Positions 12,545 through 23,299 of a stretch of 64,000 nt of DNA are shown here, one piece after another (positions within the stretch are counted from its first letter, which is position 1; every line of letters starts with the position of its first letter). This DNA comes from Pelomyxa schiedti (taxonomy: Eukaryota > Protista > Evosea), in assembly GCA_020536535.1 (NCBI GenBank), contig JAHLWZ010000590.1:1-64000 (forward strand), given 5' to 3'. The position numbers were made by a program, and so were the translations under genes. The notes under the pieces were generated by a model. It made no database searches. It was not told the origin of the DNA and saw only the letters and a list, made by a program, of their open reading frames with translations.

Positions 12545-12594
12545 TCTAGGAGCACTTGGCTGCGCTTTCCCCCAACCTTCCCTCCTGCACGTCA

Positions 12595-12604
12595 TTTTTT
12601 TTTT
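12595..12604 (+). terminator. RNA polymerase III terminator (T10) downstream of the permuted tRNA
   Basis: First run of 4 or more T after the 5' half, about 50 nt downstream. Confidence 0.65.
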
Positions 12605-13327
12605 CCTCTCCAGAGAACCGGTTCTTAGAAATCAGCAACGCAACGCAATGCAATAACAACGAAACGAAAGAGCACAATAACTGCTACATCAACTAGTACA
12701 GCCAACACTAGCAGAACGCGAAGGACGGGAGTGGGTGGTTGCTTCACTGAAGCAACTCTTCGACCATCATTGGAGGGCACAAGCCACGCACCTAGGGCGA
12801 GTGCTTGATGATGGGTTCTCAGATCAAGAGTCAATAATTATTGGACAAAACAACCTAGAAGATCTAAAGAAAAGAAACCACAGTAAGCCGCGAATCCAAA
12901 AACATATAGACGCACGGCAATAAGGGGATTTCATTTATGGTGTAGCTTGAAGATAAATGCAAACCTTTACTGCCACCGAATGACTTGCCACGTTCCTTTT
13001 TTTTGTTAATGACCACGTTGCGTTTGATTTTGAGGTTCCTTGACAACTTGTAGCGCGCAACTTGTTGTTGTTGTGTAACTCTTGTGCGCGTTTCACAGTG
13101 GATTTCTTTTGATTTGTCGAGTTCCAATAAATCCTTGTTCGTTCTCAGAACCTCGTTGTGGAAAAAGAACAGAAAGGCCCGAGGAAGGTTCAAGGAACTT
13201 TCAGAAATACGCGTCATCTGTACTCCAAGGCCTTTTTAAGTGTCCTCGGCGTTTTGCACAACTTGTTGAAAAAACACTTCTGTCTAGGAACGCAACAAAA
13301 ATAAAAGCAAACAGAACATTCTATTCC

Positions 13328-14997
13328 ATGGCAACACAGATGTATGGAGACGTCGCAGCCATTACAGGAGAGGCACGCTTTGAGTGCGCAGACGCTGTGA
13401 CCGTGCGCATTGCTGCTGGTGAAGGACGCTGGTTGAACGTGGGTGTTCCAACTCTCCTTCTTTCGTTTTTGTTCTGTCAGTGCCGTGCTGTTGATTGATG
13501 TTTGTTGTTTTGTGTGCACACCCCACCCTTTGCCTTTTTTTTTCCCTTGTGTGTTGTAGTCTCTTCTGGAATTTAATCGTTGTCAACAATAACAGATTAT
13601 CAGTGCCACTTACGGAGGGGCAAATCCAAATAGGGATGTAACTGAAGCCATACGTAACCTCGTCGTCGACGAATCTTGGATCCATGTGGAAGGCGGAATT
13701 CACACCCGCATTGGAGACCCTGAACCAGGAGTTCCAAAGAGATTGGTCATTAATTACAAGTTCCTGCCCATTGAAAGTGAGATGAAAGTCTTCAGGTGCC
13801 ACGACGGTGAGACTGTAGACATTACTCCACCAGAAAACTATATCCTCCATGTACAAAGTTTCCAAAGAAACTCTCTTGAACTAACATGAACACCTCAGAT
13901 TCTCCATGCTACATATGGCGGGGGGTTTCCAAAGCGCCAAGTCACATCCAAAGTAGCTGCTCTGGTCACTGGTACTGGCATCCACGTCACTGGCGGCATA
14001 CATACACGCATTGGAGACCCTGAGCCAGGCGTTCCCAAGACTCTGGTAATTTTCTACAAGTTCGTGGTATCAAGGAAGAAGTTCTTGTTCTTCGGATGCG
14101 CAGATGCCGAGCCTGTTTGCATTGTTGCTCCATCTGGATATACACTCAATGTTAGCTGTTCCCTCCGTTTTTGTTTTTCCAATGTGCGATTCACTCACTC
14201 TGTCACAGGTCGTTGAGTCCACTTATGGAGGTGATGAACCAAATCGTGACGTTACGGCCTCAGTCCGAGCTTTGGTACACAATAGCACCGAGATTCGCGC
14301 CGAGCACGGGGGCATTCACCTTCTAATTGGAGACCCCGAGTTCGGCGTTCCCAAGACCTTCAACGTCACTTATAAATTCCTTCCTGATGGACGCTCCCAC
14401 GAGGAAATGGAATTCCACTGCGTCGACGGCGAACCAGTGCACATCCACGCGCCTCAAGGGAAGGGCCTCCAGGTACATTCATTCCTCGTTCTTCGTTTGG
14501 TGTCTCCAACAAACAACATGTACAGATCACCAACGCCACATATGGCGGAAACAATCCATCCCACGACGTCACTGACCTGGTATACGCCATCGTCCAGCAC
14601 AACGACTCCATTGATGTTGATGGTGGAATTCACACCCAAATTGGTGACCCAGAGCCCGGCGTTCCTAAGAAGTTCGTACTCCATTACAAGTTTGTAGCAC
14701 TGCCGCTAGAAGCAGCATTCACTTGCGGTGACTTTGAACCTGTTCACATTGCTGCCCCGCATGGCTATTCCCTTCAGGTTCACTTCCTTTGTTTCCTTTC
14801 CCTACGGTGACCCAAATCAGATTGCACGGGCAACCTATGGTGGGCACAATCCCCAGCGTGATGTCACTGATAAAGTGTCTGCACTGGTTTCTTCGGGGGC
14901 AATCAATGTTGATGGTGGAATTCATACCCAAATTGGGGACCCTGAGCCAGGAGTAGGCAAGAGGCTCGAAATTCTTTACGCATTCGTTCACTTATGA
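13328..14997 (+). CDS. Protein with five tandem cysteine-poor SUEL/Gal-lectin-like (DUF3395-like) repeats
   Basis: Five copies of ATYGG...DVT..V..LV....I.V.GGIH..IGDPEPGV.K...I.YKF, each preceded by F.C.DGEPV.I.AP.G..L. Introns lie at equivalent positions; stop TGA at 14995-14997. Start may lie further upstream. Confidence 0.75.
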
Positions 14998-15129
14998 AAA
15001 CACTATTGAAAGCACAACAAAAAGGATTTGTGTTGTCCCAACTCGTGCATTTATTTTCAGAGGCGTGGGTTTTAAATGGAAAGAGCAAAAAAAAATCTCC
15101 TACGTTTGAATCAAAATTTTTCTGTTTAC

Positions 15130-16783
15130 TATTACACAAAATAACGGGCACTCCAGTCCGGCTCTCTGAATATTGACCTCTCAGTTACCTTGCGGCACAC
15201 GCTGTCAAACACCGTCTCAGGGCTTGGAACATGCCTAATGATGTCATTCAGCAAGCCGAACTTGATTAGCTGGTGGGGATCAATGTTTTGTGCTCGAAAT
15301 ACACTCGTATCTCGTGAGAAATTAACACCAGGTCTCAGTCTAGCATACCTTAGATTGTTGGTTAGATTTGTATTTTGTATTTTGTATTTTACTGTGCGAA
15401 TATGGCACTAAATCTTGGAGGGCTGTCGGGCACTGCCGCAACGTAACGGACACATTCTTCCTGCAGTTCAGTATTTGTTGCTAAGATGTGTATACGTGGA
15501 GTAACACAGAAGTGATGTGCAAAGTGATAGACCTCTTTTGTCAAAAGAGATATTAGAGGGAAAAAGTTTTTGAATTGTGAGTGGAAATGATAGGGCTACC
15601 AGTTATTCCTACATGGTTTTCGGCGATAAGTTCATCAAGGTATTTCTGCACAGTAGGCAAATCTAAACCAGACATTGCAGAAATTTTTTTCACATGGTTC
15701 AGTCCGTCTGTAATGTAGGGAAGTAGTTGACGGACTGGCAGGGAAAAGGATTGAATGCTTTCCATAAGTTCCGTAGGTTTGAAACAAAATGGAATCTATT
15801 ACAGAAAAGAAGTGAGCGAAATCAAAAGAAAAGCAATCATGTAAAAGTAAAGCACACTTGTTCAAGGTACTGTGGCTGTATTTGAACTGGTTGAGCAAGT
15901 TTCAGTGTTGTTGGTGGTATTCCCCCAAGCTGCAGTGTACACACTCCGTTATTATTTAGTTCTTCTAAGACTTGATTTAGCAATCTACTCGTTTTGTTGG
16001 TTATCAAGGAGAGAACAATTCATTACTTGGGTAGTGTGGCCTTGGTATCTGCTTTCGACAAGAAGCTTGCATCCTGCTCAGCTTGGAGCAAGTAATTATT
16101 CAAAGTCTTCACAATGTCATCATATTGAACAGACTTGTCCCAAGGAACACAATCCGGCAGTACAAATATTACATTGAACAACAAAGCATTCCTTCCAAGA
16201 ATTAAAAACTGGAACAACTTCTCACACTACCCAAAAACCAAATAACTGGAACCAAAAAAAAAAAAAAAGTAAACAGTATATTACATAAGCAGGCCTACCA
16301 TCATGAATACATACGTATTTCAAGTAACAAACAAATGCGCCCCAAAACCAACCTGGAATACTTTGACTTGGCGATTAGAATAGGGAACCCAGTGAGCTTC
16401 CTGCCCCTCGTGTCGACGATGCCCACGTTGGTCCCGCACAGCGCGTCCTTGGGTATCACGTACTTTGACACGGCCATGAACTCGTCGCGGCTCATGAAGC
16501 CCTCGGGAGCCTGGTGCACAACCAGGGGCCCCAGTGCGTTGTCGAACTCGCAGTAGGCCACGCACGACAGCGTCCCGTAATACATGCCGCCCCCGCCGCC
16601 GCCGACGCCGACGCCCCCGCTGCCGCTGCGGCTCGCGCTCGCGCTCCCGCCACCCCCGCTCCCGTTGCTGTTACTGCGGCCGATGGCGGATGCCGGGCTG
16701 TTGCGGCTGCTGTTGGTGCTGGGAGACCGTGTCGTGGTGGTGGCTGTTGGTGTTGTGCTGGTTGAAAGGTCGGCGTCGTCCAT
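15130..16783 (-). CDS. NPRL2: GATOR1 subunit NPRL2/NPR2 (3' end approximate)
   Basis: YCEFDNALGPLVVHQAPEGF...SKYVIPKDALC...GFPILIAKSKYSRNALLFNVIFV; later LPYITDGLNHVKKIS and FGLLNDIIRHV. Confidence 0.9.
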
Positions 16784-16928
16784 CCGGATCGATTAATTCG
16801 AGGTTTGCACCGAAAAGTATCACGGACTGAACTGACTTGTGTGCTGCTGGCCGAAGAAAAACTCCAGACCACACAATGAAGTCATAGCTCTTAATGCCTC
16901 CCAGCATCTGAGAAGCAGGCGCACAGAA

Positions 16929-19751
16929 ATGGACTCCTCGGAATCAGGAGAAGGGTATCGGTGATTTTTCCCAACTTCTTCTGAAACATCAAGTGGCACC
17001 ACTAAAAAGGGGTGGATGGCGTCCACAACGAACTTGCCAGGCACTACGACGACACCTACTTCTGCGATCCACACTGGTGGCCGCCCACCGGTTTGTTCTG
17101 AACATCTTCTTATGCTCTCTTCTTTGGCTCATGTCGATTCACTGTGAATGTATCACAGACTTTTGTGTGCCACATCTGCGGGGGCGTACTCGTTGATCCC
17201 GTGACGTTTCCCGTGTGCCTCCACAGTGTGTGCCTCGTTTGTGCCGAGAAAAAGTTGGCCGGTGACCCTTCGCTCGGGGTAACTGGATGTTTGGTTTCTC
17301 CCTCCAAAAAAAACACATGTTCAGGAGATCGAGTGTGGATTCGGGTGTGGAACGGCACTCAAGTCGACGTCGCTGACTGTCAACGTGGACCTGAGATCGG
17401 TCATTGGTGGCGCAAGGCTCTTGTCGGATCATAGAACACAAACTCCAACGAACGGTGAGGGTGCACGTGGCACCAGAGAGGGGGACCTCTGCAGTCTGTG
17501 TAAAGTTAGGCCTGCATCATTCAAGTGTGAAACTTGTGGATTGGTTTGTATCTCTCTCTCTCTCTTTTTTTTTTTTTTTTTTTTCAGATTTTTAAAAGTC
17601 ATTTGTGTCCAGCTGTGCTCGAAACATTTGAACAAATTGCATTCAATGCCAGCATTCAAGGCACATGTAGTTGTTGACTTGGGAATAAGTTCTGTAGATA
17701 TCGGAGCCATCTCCCCCTCAAGGCACTGCATCCTCCACAAGAAAGAAATGGAACTGTTTTGCAAACAGTGCAATGAAATCATTTGTGAAAACTGTTGGGC
17801 TATTGGTGCTGTATGTTCCCCTCTTCTTCATTCTATGCAAATGATTGAATTGAGGATTAATTTAATAACCTGTAACTCACCCTTTTGTCACTCAGCATAG
17901 GAAACACGAGTGCATTGACATTTTTGAGGCGAGAAAGCTGCTTGTTCCACAAATTGGTTCGAAAAATGAAGCACTTCTTTCCAGTAGGAGGGCTGAATTG
18001 ATGGTCCGCATTGTTATTTGTTGTATTCCAGGCTCTAACCACTCTCAAAACTTTTTTTTTTTTGTTAGACTTTCAGGTCACAGCTGGAAACAATCAAGGG
18101 GGAAACAGAGTCAGAAGAAAGGAATAGATGCAATGTGATCAAAGATACTGTTTGTTACCGTTCTTGTCCCCATTTTTTTAACGTCTCAATCAAGATCACC
18201 CACTTGCACCAGTTATTGGAAGCAAAGCAGAAGGAACTATGCGACTTCGTTGAAAGGGAGCAACAAGTGAAAGTTCACAAATTAGAGGCGCAACGTAAAT
18301 CCATTAATGACCATATTTCAGTAGTTGAATGTGGCGTGTGTTATCCACCTGTCCTTCTTCCATTCTAAATATGATTGCAGATTTCATTTACTAATATGGC
18401 CAACCAAAGAGTGAGTGACAAAGATCCGTTTAGCTTTGTGAGTCTTGGAACTGTTGCCATACATGCAACGACCTTAGTGTCACAGTTCCCGAGTGGGAGT
18501 GCACTGGTTCCGAGTGCATCAGCGCGACTTGAAGAAGCGCCGCTTGACGGCAGTCACCTCGCGACAGCCATTAGGGACTTGACTCTTCTTCCGCCAGGTA
18601 TCTCCTAAAAACAGATACAGGCAATGTAACATAACCACAAATTAAATTAACAGCTGATGCATCACAAAGTAAGCTTGTGGAAGCTGATACAGGACCAATA
18701 TTCATCCGCAAAGATACGACTGTTGTCGCAACAATACAAACTTGTGACAAAACAGGGAAGCCTTCTGCGTACACGTCAGAACTCACCTGTTCTTGTAAGG
18801 TATTTTCCTTTTTTCCAATTTTGCCCCCTGCCCACTCTTAATATACAAACGCACTGCCAAATGAGTAAACAGGCTTTTTTAGGGACCTGGGAATGAAGTG
18901 CCAGCGAAAATTTGGGTTGTGGAGAATCCAGAGAATAAGGGATCAGGCCACCTGATAGTGAGAATGACCCCGTGTGAGCATGGTGACTACACACTCACGG
19001 CACAAATCAATAACACCCACATCGTTGGGTCGCCTCTGACCATTTTCGTTGCTGATACTAAATCGTGTGTTCCTTCCAATCCTCCAAAACACTAACAATG
19101 GTTCTCTTCCCTTCTTATAGAGCCTTCCCAGGCAGCAAGATACTCACAACACTCGAACTTGACAACAAGTTGCACGAGATGGTTGTTGATGCGGAGGGTG
19201 CCATGGGCCACAGGATGATAAATGCGAAGTGGCGGCTACTGTGGCGTGGATCAGACCACGGTTTCGCTGCTGCAAAGTTCCATGAACGGTGTGACAACGT
19301 AGCTCCAACAATCTCCATTATCACTGTATCACCAAATTGTATGTTTTCCTCACATAATGATTGATCCCAAGTACTAAAACACACAGATATATTTGGAGGA
19401 TACACAAACATTCCATATTGTAGCAGAGAGGGTGACATAGGAGGGTGTGGAGGACACACGTTTGTATACAGCCTTGTGTATTCCGGCACCAAAACAGGCA
19501 CAATCCAGAAATGCACCAACCACCGCTCATGCATCTACTTCCGCCCCGATTGGGGACCAACATATAATTGCAACGGCATCGACCTGGTCATTCATGACAA
19601 CTGCAACATACGTCCATTCAGCACCTCCGGCCTAGCGCTCAACAGTTGGGCTCAGCCGCCACCACCAAACGGCATTGACAAGTACGTTGCTGGCCTTCAC
19701 CGCTTCCTGGTATCTAACATAGAGGTCTGGACTCCTACTCAGAGAAGTTGA
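16929..19751 (+). CDS. TRIM-like protein: RING, B-box, B-box, coiled coil, filamin repeat, TLDc
   Basis: CHIC...CLHSVCLVC; CSLC...CETC..LCSKHLNKLH; CILHKKEMELFCKQCNEIICENC; GDYTLTAQINNTHIVGSPLTI (filamin); WRLLWRGSDHGFAAAKFHERCDNVAPT...WGPTY (TLDc). Confidence 0.82.
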
Positions 19752-20076
19752 GGGCACTACTCAAAAAAAAAAAAACAGAAAATGTTTGGCATTTTTTTTA
19801 TTATTGCTCAATACTAGAACTTTTTCTGATGAAGAAGCCAGGATCGTGCCACACGGAGACTGCTTGTAGATAATGTTCCTATAGCATGTTTTCCAAATCA
19901 AGAGAGAGCATCAGTCCACGATTGTGTGAGGGAAAAATGAAGCTAATCATTGCATAGTTGGCTTCCGCACCAGAGTCATTGGCAATGTAATAGTGGGATG
20001 TCAATGATAATACTTCACACACAGCAAAAAAGAGCATTGGCTGGCCCATGATGTTATTGGTTTGGCGCACCAAAAA

Positions 20077-20520
20077 TCAGAAGTCATTGTACAGCAGGTC
20101 GTACTTTGGAATCTTTGACGGGTCAATTGGGCACGTGACGACGACTTTGCCACGAGAAGCTCCCCTGTACACGACTTCGACGAGGTCGATGAAGTCCTGC
20201 TTCTCGCGGAACGCGCCGATGAACTTGGTGTGGTCGTGGGTCCCATAATCGCACTTGATGTGCCTGCCGTCGAAGAAGAAGATCGTCGCGGGGTGCAGCG
20301 TGATGTCGAAGTAGCGCGTGTACACGGGCACGGCGTCGACGTCGACGGCGTACAAGCACGCCATGCGCTGCAGCGGCCGCACGCAGCGCAGGAGGACGTC
20401 GTCGAGCATCATGCACGTCGCGTCGTCGGACTTGCCGAACCGAAGCACCACTACTTTGCCCGCGGTCCCCCGTATCACTTGGTCTATCTCCCTCTTGGTG
20501 GTCAAGGCCGGTAGCTCCAT
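20077..20520 (-). CDS. TXNL4B: Thioredoxin-like U5 snRNP Dim1-family protein, Dim2 type (single exon)
   Basis: Full-length 147 aa: [27 protein letters not shown]...[35 protein letters not shown]...[10 protein letters not shown]; the DHTKF and KYDLLY signatures are TXNL4B-type. Confidence 0.95.
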   Translation of the reverse strand: MELPALTTKREIDQVIRGTAGKVVVLRFGKSDDATCMMLDDVLLRCVRPLQRMACLYAVDVDAVPVYTRYFDITLHPATIFFFDGRHIKCDYGTHDHTKFIGAFREKQDFIDLVEVVYRGASRGKVVVTCPIDPSKIPKYDLLYNDF

Positions 20521-20857
20521 GTTGCTTTAACTTCAGATCAAAACTGATGAATCCCGGATTTGCTCCCTTGGGAGCAAGCAAAAAAAACGTCCCTCGCATT
20601 GCGTTCCTCGGCTCTAACAAAGATAAACCCGGAGTTGGACTAAGCTTCCATTTCCTCCCAAAGGCGAGGGATCCTCAGAAGAGCGTCAACCCTCTGTGAT
20701 GGCGGCATATTATTATACTCGGATCCAGCAAGCTTGCGTCTGCATTCTTGTTACGTCGCGGGTGCGACGCCATGTCTACTCGTAGCCATCTGTCTTTTCT
20801 TTAGAAGAAAACCGATTGTAAATTCCAAGTAGGGAAAACAAGGAATTTCTTTTGTAA

Positions 20858-22182
20858 TTAGTGCCTTAGTGCGTCCGTTACGGCCCTGGCTCGTGCTGTC
20901 AGTTGTATCATCGCATTCAATAAAAGGTGTGAGTCCTCTTCACCCAGCTGCTGAAGTAAATTACTCTCCTGCTGAGCCACAGCTCTGACCTCTTTGGTTG
21001 CAACTTTCAACCTATTCAGGTCGGTTTGCATGCTGGATAGCAGACAGTAGCTCGCGGCGTTAGTCACACAGGCTGCCCCGCAACCAGCAGTTCCTCCCCA
21101 TGCAAGAACTAGGGCCCAGGCTGGGGGGTTGCATCCACAGGTCAGTACCAGCGATGTCGCTAGGAAAACAGCAGACAGAGTGGCGGTGATCTTGAGTGCG
21201 GCTTTTCTATCTGCAGTTTTCTTGTTAACAAGCTCAATCATAAGCCGAATTTTTTCAAGAAATTGGGTGAGGCTCTCTGCAATGGCATTGCATGTATTCA
21301 TAGTGACAGTGCGGAGTAGTCGATATCTCTCCCAGTCAGCATGCCGAATTGCTTGTATGATGCTTTCATTCTCCCTGCAGAGAAGTAGCCCCTTTTACTG
21401 ACATAAATAACAGATAAAACCATTAAGTTTGCTCATTTTACCTTTCCCCTAATAATGGCCTTTGCCTCGTCGTATAGATCTGGTGACTTTGCCAAGGCAA
21501 TACGGAGAAATTCTGATATGGCCTCATAAAGGACGGTAACTCCCACTACAGCTATTAAGATAGGTACCAGATGAGTGAAGACTCTTGAAAGTAGCTGTTC
21601 ACTAACATGAAAAGGCAATTGGAGGAAATCTAATATACATTGATAACTTCGTGGAGCATTTGTTGGTTACAGTGCGTTTTGCATAAGTCAAAGAGTTTTT
21701 GAAGTTTAAGCATGTCTTCTTTACTTAAACCATCCAACTCATGCAACGAAAACGCTTTGCGAAATGCTTCTTCAAATGCCCTCATCTCCTCAGTGGTTGC
21801 ATCTAGGACCATATAAATAAGAAAGATAGAATGGATGCTAGAACTTACTTTCACTGGGGACTCTCAAGCCTATCCGAGATAAAGTTGAACTTGCATTCTT
21901 TTCATTCAGAAGCTCGGCTCTCAGCTGTGGCGTGGTGACCTCAGAAAAACTCGATGCTATAGTAATGACAGTCGTGAGTCCAGTGACTAATATTTCTTGC
22001 TTCTCTGCATCAGAGAGACTCTTCCACCAGCAAGACACTTTTGCAGCTACCTTCTGGGAGGTGCTGAACACATAAGCATAGAAAGTTTGGGACAATTCAA
22101 CAAGCTTGCTGGGCTGAAAAGCCTCTGAGTTGCGCAGATATTCAACAAAGAAGTTCTGTTCCCCTTCATTTGCTGCCGCCAT
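20858..22182 (-). CDS. Hypothetical alpha-helical protein with hydrophobic hairpin segments (multi-exon)
   Basis: ATG at 22182; four ORF segments separated by GT-AG-bounded gaps; hydrophobic stretches LVPILIAVVGVTVLY and ITATLSAVFLATSLVLT...WALVLAWGG. Confidence 0.6.
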
Positions 22183-22337
22183 TTAAGTCAATTTTGAGGG
22201 AAATGAAAGGAAAACCTCAATTTTGAAATGACAGGGATCCAACTTGGTAGGAGGTAGAGAGTAACTTGGGCAACTTGTGAACCAATTTGGTACATTTTCG
22301 CTATTTATCCGGGATAAATCACAGCAATTTGTACAAG

Positions 22338-23085
22338 ATGCTAACTGGGCTACTTGTTATTTTATGTTGGATTCTAAGCCTCATTATCATCGTTCTCTAT
22401 ATGGGTCCTGTGCGTGTTGTTGACAACCGTGACCCAATAGAGCGAATGATGGAACTATTGGATTCGATGTATGCAACGCAGGGGAGGCTAGCAGCTGCCA
22501 AGGGAGTTGCACTGAGAAAAACCCTTGCACTTTTATCATTAGATGTTGACACCTTTCTAATTCCTAGAAGTTTGTAAATGTGTGTTGTACTATTACTGTT
22601 AAATGTAACACACCACAGGTTGGAAAGAGTGCGTCACAGATATATTCTCTGCTGAGAGACAAAATGAGAAAAGAAGAATCCTTGCGCAGGCAATACAAAG
22701 AACAGATCTAGCACTCCAAGCGACGTACCTTACGTTGTCCCTTCAAAACACGGAAGTTGCTCAGAATCTTGCCAGCCGTAGGCTCCATGACCATCCAATT
22801 GTGATCTTCAAGATTAATCGCCAAAGAGAGCTTCATGAGGAATCCCGGCAAATAGAGGCGCTGGCCTTTGAATTCCACGAGTTTACATCTGGACTAGTAG
22901 CTGATCACCACAGAGGGGACGCGGAGGTGCGACAAATCAAACAAGACCTCGACAGGTACTTGGAGCGCACCACGGCAAGTATTAATACCCTTCACGATCG
23001 GATACATCAGCATGGCTGCGAAGACATAATTTACGTGGGTCAGGGGCACCACTTGGCCTATCCTCGTCCTCTTCTGGTGCAATAA
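22338..23085 (+). CDS. Hypothetical protein with N-terminal hydrophobic segment and helical body
   Basis: MLTGLLVILCWILSLIIIVLYMG followed by exon-like helical ORFs; no recognisable domain. Confidence 0.45.
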
Positions 23086-23299
23086 AATACTGAACTGCAT
23101 TATTTTCTCTTTCAAATTAAAATTGTCGTCGTCCCTTCTTCGATGAGGGGTGTCGTTTCAAAGCGGTCACTTTGCACTTTTCCTGAAAATAATCAAAAAT
23201 GGACTGGACAACAACATCAACTTCAACGAAGTCATCGCCATTTGATTATTTTATGCAGCCATTTTGATAAGAATACATACGCAAGGGGTGAAACTGGCC

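Noticed and set aside
12543-12562. Alternative reading of the permuted tRNA with a 37/38 break (stem CTAGG/TCTGG, loop AGCACTA, anticodon CAC = Val)
   Set aside because: It needs three extra nucleotides between the D and anticodon stems and gives A32/G33; the Gly(GCC) reading fits canonical segment lengths exactly.
13600-14990. CRISPR-like or mobile repeat array
   Set aside because: The repeats are protein-coding, diverge mainly at synonymous sites and are separated by spliceosomal introns; no CRISPR array is present in the window.
20540-20850. Possible structured ncRNA (hairpin CGTCGC-GGGT-GCGACG, T-rich end)
   Set aside because: No snRNA, SRP, RNase P/MRP or snoRNA box motifs recognised; compatible with promoter or UTR sequence.
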